A stretch of DNA of 42,617 nt from Octopus sinensis (taxonomy: Eukaryota), in the NCBI RefSeq assembly GCF_006345805.1, contig NW_021835098.1, positions 1-42,617 of the forward strand. The letters run 5' to 3'. This document shows positions 36,317-42,617 of the stretch, one piece after another; position 1 is the first letter of the stretch, and each line of letters begins with the position of its first letter. The translations under genes and the position numbers were made by a program. The notes beneath the pieces were generated by a model. It was not told where the DNA came from, ran no database searches, and saw nothing but the letters and a program-made list of their open reading frames with translations.

Positions 36317-36600
36317 TGTGTGTGTATGTATATATTCCTCTAAGAATCCATAAATCAAGAAGTATGCACTCGTATACTTGTCAATAGATTGGGTATATTA
36401 ATCAAAGTCTACAGTATTATATGTCAATTACGGCTGATCTTGCCAACAGATTGGGAAGATCGGCCATAGTGGATATATAAAACTGAATACTTTGCGATGT
36501 GTGTGGGTGGGTGTGTGGATGTACACGCTTGTGTGTGTGTGTGTTTGCGTGTGCATATTCATGCATATATATATATATGCATAAATATACATATATATAT

Positions 36601-36633
<33 letters not shown>

Positions 36634-36858
36634 AAGAGAGAGTGAGACAGAGAGTGAAAGAGAGAGAGGCAAAATGTGTGTATGTGAGAGAGAAAATTTG
36701 CATTATTTAAGGGACCAAATATATGATACCTGTTTTATTCTTCTTTGGTATAGATATATAGACAGACAGACAGACAGGCAGGCAAGCAGACAGACAGACA
36801 GACAGGCCGGCAGACAGGCAGACAGACAGACAGACAGCTAGATAAATAAATTGATAGT

Positions 36859-36912
<54 letters not shown>

Positions 36913-37039
36913 TAGATAGAGAGAAAGAGAGAGAGAGAGATAGGTAGATAGACAGAAAGATAGCCATACATATATATTATGTATATATATATATACATAC
37001 ACACACACACACACACACACACCACACACACACACACAC

Positions 37040-37078
<39 letters not shown>

Positions 37079-37440
37079 ATGTATGTATATATGTATACAT
37101 ACTCTATTTTCGTATTTGGTTTGAAAGATTCTTTATGTGAATTCGTGTGTTGAAGTATATTTTTCTGTATCTGGTGTGAGTCATTCTGTTTTAATACCTC
37201 ATTAATTAACACACTCATCGGTCCCATTACCACTAATTTACTTATTTATTTTCTTTTTCTTTCCAAAATGTTCGTTGTTTCTTGCAAACTCTTCAGAAAA
37301 CAACCATTCAAGAGGTTCGAAGAAGCAACGAAAATTTTAGAATAAAGATAAATAAAAATGTAAATAAGTGGAAATCGGACCGGTGAGTGTGTTAATTAAT
37401 AAGGCATTAAACCAGAATGTCTCTTCCCAGACACTACAAA

Positions 37441-37473
<33 letters not shown>

Positions 37474-37759
37474 CATACATACATACATACATACATACAT
37501 ACATACATACATACATACACACATATATATATATATATATAAGGTAAGCAGATTTAGCTGTTGGAATAACCCTCTAAGGGATAAAAATTTCCGTTCTTAC
37601 TACCGGTCACATTTACCTATTATTATCCCTGGGCATGGGTATGCAAGCTCACTACGCTCATAGAGTAATGGTAATATCAGAATAAACAAAAGTTTATCAG
37701 GAATCAAATTTAAATAAGAAGAAAATGGAGAAAACTTTGATCAACAAACAAATTGACCT

Positions 37760-37884
37760 ACATTTCTTACGGCCGTTTCGGCTGCCAATGTCAGTCTGTG
37801 CTTACAAAGAAATTTCGAAAATAATATTCGTCATCTTTGTAGCACATTCGATCTAGTACATGGTGCTTCTTCAGAGTGAATGCA
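37760..37884 (-). ncRNA. Type I hammerhead-like motif (left arm), long stem II
   Basis: Minus strand: CATT-CA-CT-CTGAAGA-AGCACCATG...CATTGGCAGCC-GAAAC-GGCC-GTA-AG-A-AATG. Confidence 0.55.
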
Positions 37885-38105
37885 AATACATAGGAAAGAA
37901 GAAGGGAAGAGGAAAGAAGAAAGAACAGGGCCTCGAAATGAGGCCAGAAGGCTCAATACATTAGAATCATACCATTTTGCAGTGTCAAACCTATCGACTT
38001 CAAGCTTCAAATTGCAAAATGGTATGTTTCTAATATATTGAGCCTTCTGGCCTCATCTTGAGGGCTTGTTCTTTCCTCTTCCCTCTTCTTCTATTGTATG
38101 TATTT

Positions 38106-38230
38106 GTATTCACTCTGAAGAAGCTCCATGTACTAGATCAAATGTGCTATAAAGATGACGAATATTATTTTCGAAATTTCTTTGTAAGCACCAACTGACA
38201 TTGGCAGTCGAAACGGCCGTAAGAAATGTT
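38106..38230 (+). ncRNA. Type I hammerhead-like motif (right arm), long stem II
   Basis: CTGAAGA 38115-38121, GAAAC 38210-38214, palindromic ACGGCCGT, GTA 38219-38221; A.C mismatch at the stem II base. Confidence 0.55.
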
Positions 38231-38583
38231 ATGTTATGTTTTGTATTAACCGATGTTGATCAATTTGTTTGTTTGTTGATCAAAGGTTTTTTCCATTTTC
38301 TGCTTATTTAAATTTATGTGTGTGTGTGTATGTATTTAAGGAGAGGGAAATATATATAAATTCGCAGGTATATATAAAATCATACTATTTAGTCATATAT
38401 TATACACTAAAATATATTGTTTTTATAAGAAAAAGGCTACAAAACGATTGTAGATGTATGGATGTTAATTCGTGAAATAAATCTTACATCTTTATGAAAT
38501 CGTGTGTGTTTGTGTGTGTATAAACACATACGTGTATAAAAACATGAATACCCACATACATATGTGCTGGTGTGGGTGAGTGT

Positions 38584-38960
38584 CAAGGAGTCTGCTTCCT
38601 AACCATTCTGTGACATCTAGAATAAGTGTCTCCTACTATAGCCTCGCACCGACCAAAGCCCTGTGAATGGATTGGTTGACGGAAACTGAAAGAAGCCTGT
38701 CGGATGTGTGTGTGTGTCTGTGTGTCTGTGTGTCTGTGTGTCTGTGTGTCTGTGTTCTGTGTGTTAGTCTCTCGCCACTGCTTGACCAACCGTATTTGGT
38801 GTGTTTATATCTCCATGATATGGCTGTTCGGAGAAAGAAGTACCAGACTTTTAAAAAAATTATTAAGTTCTGGGGTCGATTCGTTCACCTAAAGTTCTTC
38901 AATGCAGTGCCCCAGCATGGCCGCAGTATCATGATTGAAACAAATAGAAATAAAGACAAA
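38584..38960 (+). mobile_element. Bipartite SINE, decayed
   Basis: CTACTATAGCCTCGCACCGACCAAAGCC...GAAAGAAGCCTGTCG, (TGTGTC)n, ...GTGCCCCAGCATGGCCGCAG...GAAAC; 5' edge approximate. Confidence 0.75.
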
Positions 38961-39017
38961 AACGATACGAACGTACATACATTCACACATACATACATAC
39001 ATACATACATACATACA

Positions 39018-39047
<30 letters not shown>

Positions 39048-39048
<1 letters not shown>

Positions 39049-39904
39049 GAAACGTACATACATGGATGCATATGGACCAATAGCCAGATTCATACCTCAC
39101 ACTTTGAAGCGTATGCATTTGTGATCCAGGAACAGGAAATATCAACCAAATACCTGATGTACAAAAGGGATAGAGATGCAGGAAAAGCACTAAAATGTGA
39201 CAACCGATGCAGACTTTGTGGAGTTAACAACGAAAATATGATTCACATCATAAGCAGTTGTCCGAAAATGTCATCACAGTATCATCTACCGATGAGACAT
39301 GATGTTGTAGCTAGGAGACTCTATAATGAAATCCGTCGGAAGGATAACCCTGAGGTCAAAGGAATAAGAACCCACAGTAGGGTAGAAGCCATAGCCACTC
39401 ATAATGAAAAGGAGTACTGGTGGAATGTTCCAGTGAAAATCTCAATAAAATGTAAGCACAACAGACCTGATATAATGATTTGGGGTCAGTGAAAAAGAGA
39501 ATACCTACGCTGGACTATTGAGAAATCTGTAGGTACTCTATCCAAATTACAAGTTCAGGTTTATACCCGTAATTATTGGGACCATGGGATATGTAACACA
39601 CTGCCTAAATACCAATCTTGAGAAATTAGGCTTCTCAAAACCAGAAAAAAGAAAGCTAATTCGAAGACTACAGATCTAATCTATCACTGGAACTGTAAAT
39701 ATCTGTAAAACTTTCCAGAAGTTTATCATTTAAATATATGTGAGCATGTCTAGATATGCAACTATATGCATGAGAATACATACATAAAACAAAGCATACA
39801 AATACCGTTGTTGATGTTGAAATTCCAATGAAGGCGCCTTGGATCTAGGTTAGAAACCGGCTCTTTCTCTATTGGCAAGAAATCTTGAAATAAAACTGAA
39901 TAAT
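39048..39904 (+). mobile_element. R4/Dong-like retroelement 3' fragment embedded in (CATA)n
   Basis: SHFEAYAFVIQEQEI, CRLC..x..HIISSC knuckle, RHDVVA, HNRPDIMIW, then (after an internal deletion) EKENTY...FIPVIIGTMG; 3' UTR ends AAATAAAACTGAATAAT-GATACATAC. Confidence 0.82.
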
Positions 39905-40374
39905 GATACATACATACATACATACATAATACATACATGCATACATACATACATACATACATACATACATACATACATACATGCATACATACATACATAC
40001 ATACATACACACACACATACATACATAAATATACACATACACATATGCATATACACATACATGCATACATGGATGCATATATACATACATACATAAATAC
40101 ATATATATGCATACATGCATACATACATACATACATACATACATACATACATACATACATACATACATACGTACGTACGTACATACAAAAATACCCTGTT
40201 GTTGATGTTGAAATTCCAATGAAGGAGCTTTGGATCTAGGTTAGAAACCGGCTCTTTCTCTGTTGGCAAGAGATCTTGAAATAAAACTGAATAATGATAC
40301 ATACAGAAAGACAGACGGGCATACACACACACACCTACATACATACATGCATACATACATACATGCATACATAC

Positions 40375-40405
<31 letters not shown>

Positions 40406-40810
40406 CATACATACATACATACATACATACATGCATGCATACATACATACATACATACATACATACATACATACATGCATACATACATGCATGCATGCAT
40501 ATATACCTACATACATACATACATACATACATACATACATGCATACATACATACATACATACATACATACATACATACATACATACATACATGCATACAT
40601 ACATGCATGCATGCATATATACATATATAGATGGATGCATACATATATAAATACATACATATATACATACATAAATACATAGATACACATGCATAGATAC
40701 ATACATACCTACATGCATGAATGCATACATACATACATACATACATACATACATACATACATACATACATACATACATGCATGGATGCGTATATAGATGT
40801 ATACACACAT
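39905..40810. repeat. (CATA)n/(CATG) microsatellite field
   Basis: Direct reading. Confidence 0.95.
40182..40300 (+). mobile_element. Second copy of the last about 115 bp of the 39048-39904 element, in (CATA)n
   Basis: About 94% match by eye to 39796-39910. Confidence 0.85.
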
Positions 40811-41684
40811 ACAAACTATGGTTCTTCCATCAATTCCTGTCACCGTTTAGTTGCAATAACGATCTACTAGGAACACGAAAACGTTTAAAAACGGTAGAAT
40901 TCTCTATTTCTCGCTGGTTTTGTGTAGGAGCGACAAAGAAAAAAAGAATACGAAAGACCGAAAGAACAAAAATAATATAATAGCGAGAAAAAAAATGGTC
41001 TCGTTTTTTTTTTCCACGTTATTATTCGCTGTTTTATTTTAGGATTCTTGTTTTGTTTTTGTTTCTTTTTTTGGTGTTTTTAATACTTTTTTTTCGGTTT
41101 TATTTAGTATTATTCTCTACCTTGCTCATTATCACCTTGCCGTATTGATTTATCGATCGTTTTCAATCGCTGCAACAACCAGGATCCTCTTGTTTTATTG
41201 GGTAGCTTTGACACGGCCTGGCCACCGTTATTCAAATCGAACAAACTCATTTGAGATATTATCTTTAACCTCCTACTCTTCAACTAATCGCATTCTTCCT
41301 TGCTACAATTTCTTTCCTTCAGCTAAAAGTGCCATCTCCTAAACGCTTATTTCTCCTTCTTTTCTTCCATACTTACAAATGAACAACTGTATGTTCTGCC
41401 CAATATGATGACGCCTTTCGTTTTAAACATTTGACAGGCAACCTTTACGTTTTTCCTTTTATATTTTGGGCGTAATTTTTTATATTTATTATTGTTTCTG
41501 TTGACTTTTATTTATTTTTATTCATTCTTGTTTTCTCTTTTATTTCTTTTTTTGTTCGTTTGCTTGCACTCTCTCACTTTCTTTCTCTCTTTTCCCATTA
41601 TTTCTCTTTAGCTCACTTTCTCTCTCTCTCCCACTCTATCTCTATTTCTCTCTCTCCCTCTCTCTCTCTCCCTCTCTCTCTCCC

Positions 41685-41715
<31 letters not shown>

Positions 41716-41889
41716 ATTTCTCAGTGTCTCTCATATCTTTATTCTTTTTTACCTTTTCTCTATTATTTTTTTAGGTTATTTTCTTTATTTATATTATTTT
41801 TATTCTGTTGTCTTCATCATTTCCTCTTTCCACTTCCTGTGAGAATCGATATAAGTGGCGTCCTATCGGTTATGAATGACGTGAATAGC

Positions 41890-42093
41890 GATGACGGTGA
41901 TGGTGATGATGATGATGATGATTATGATGATGACGACGACGACGACGGTGATGGCGATGATGATGATGATGATATTAAGGTAATAATGGATATGAAGAGG
42001 TTGATAATAACAATGGCGGGGGTGGAGACATCGGTTACGGTGAGGTGGTGCTGGGTGGGGTTATAGCGGAGGTGGTGGTGCAGGAAGAGATGC

Positions 42094-42131
<38 letters not shown>

Positions 42132-42480
42132 GTGAATTTGATGGTGGTGGTGGTGGTAATGATGGTGCTGTTGTTGTTGTTGTTGGTGGTGGTGGTAAGT
42201 ACTGGTGGCGGCAGTGGTGATGGGGGCGGCACTGGTGATGGCGGTGACGGTGGTGATGTCGTCAGTCATGGGAATGAGGGGTGCTTCCGCTGGTGTTAGT
42301 GGTGGTTGCGGCGGTGGCGGTGATGCTGCTACCGGTGGTGGCGATGCTGGTTGCTGGGGGTGGCGATAGCGGTGCTGCTGGTAGAGATGGCAGTGCTGTT
42401 GATGGTTGTGGCGCTGCCGGTGGTGATGGTGGTGGTGACGGCGGCGGTCGTCATGGTGATGCGGTGGCGATTACTACTCA
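41890..42480. repeat. Degenerate (GAT)n/(GGT)n/(GTT)n trinucleotide field
   Basis: Direct reading. Confidence 0.85.
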
Positions 42481-42617
42481 TGGCGGTGTTTCGAGTCTCT
42501 CGTCGATATTGATGTTCCTACTGCCGTTGTTGGTTGGTATCATCGCTAGTATTAGCTGTTATTGTTCATGTTGCTATTAGTCTTCACCGTGTAACCCGCC
42601 CACCATGGCAATCCTCA

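Larger units (their letters stand above)
37706..38315. mobile_element. Foldback element: arms 37706-37981 / 38013-38315, 31-nt spacer
   Basis: Arms are reverse complements (e.g. CTTACGGCCGTTTCGGCTGCCAATGTCAG / CTGACATTGGCAGTCGAAACGGCCGTAAG). Confidence 0.92.

Noticed and set aside
39820-39865. CCAATGA...GAAACCGG in the R4 3' UTR
   Set aside because: Core mismatches and no NUH triplet.
41560-42580. Several 65-168 aa ORFs at the window end
   Set aside because: Derived from (CT)n and GAT/GGT trinucleotide fields; no splice-supported or domain evidence.

Overview
Repeat-saturated, apparently non-genic eukaryotic DNA. The SINE families, microsatellite load and element mix point to an octopus genome (inference from recalled repeat families; no search was run). 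I can support no host protein-coding exon, and almost all tracked ORFs are microsatellite read-throughs. Real coding signal is confined to decayed mobile elements: two near-full-length frameshifted CR1-group LINEs (13.9-18.5 kb and 32.3-36.1 kb, both minus strand, APE+RT, ORF1 with a CCCH zinc finger) plus a 3' fragment; a TIR-bounded Tigger/pogo transposon (18624-21194); four R4/Dong-type (RLE) retroelement fragments and a short 3'-end copy, all but one sitting in (TAA)n or (CATA)n arrays; a Penelope-like GIY-YIG remnant; and about a dozen tRNA-derived SINE copies. The most notable unexplained structure is four unrelated foldback (long inverted-repeat) elements, each carrying a pair of outward-facing type I hammerhead-ribozyme-like motifs with palindromic stem III. 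There is also a solo 250-bp module with a near-canonical CUGAUGA/GAAAC/GUC hammerhead. One foldback encloses the GIY-YIG remnant, tying the architecture to Penelope-like elements. Ribozyme folds were paired by eye and activity is untested.
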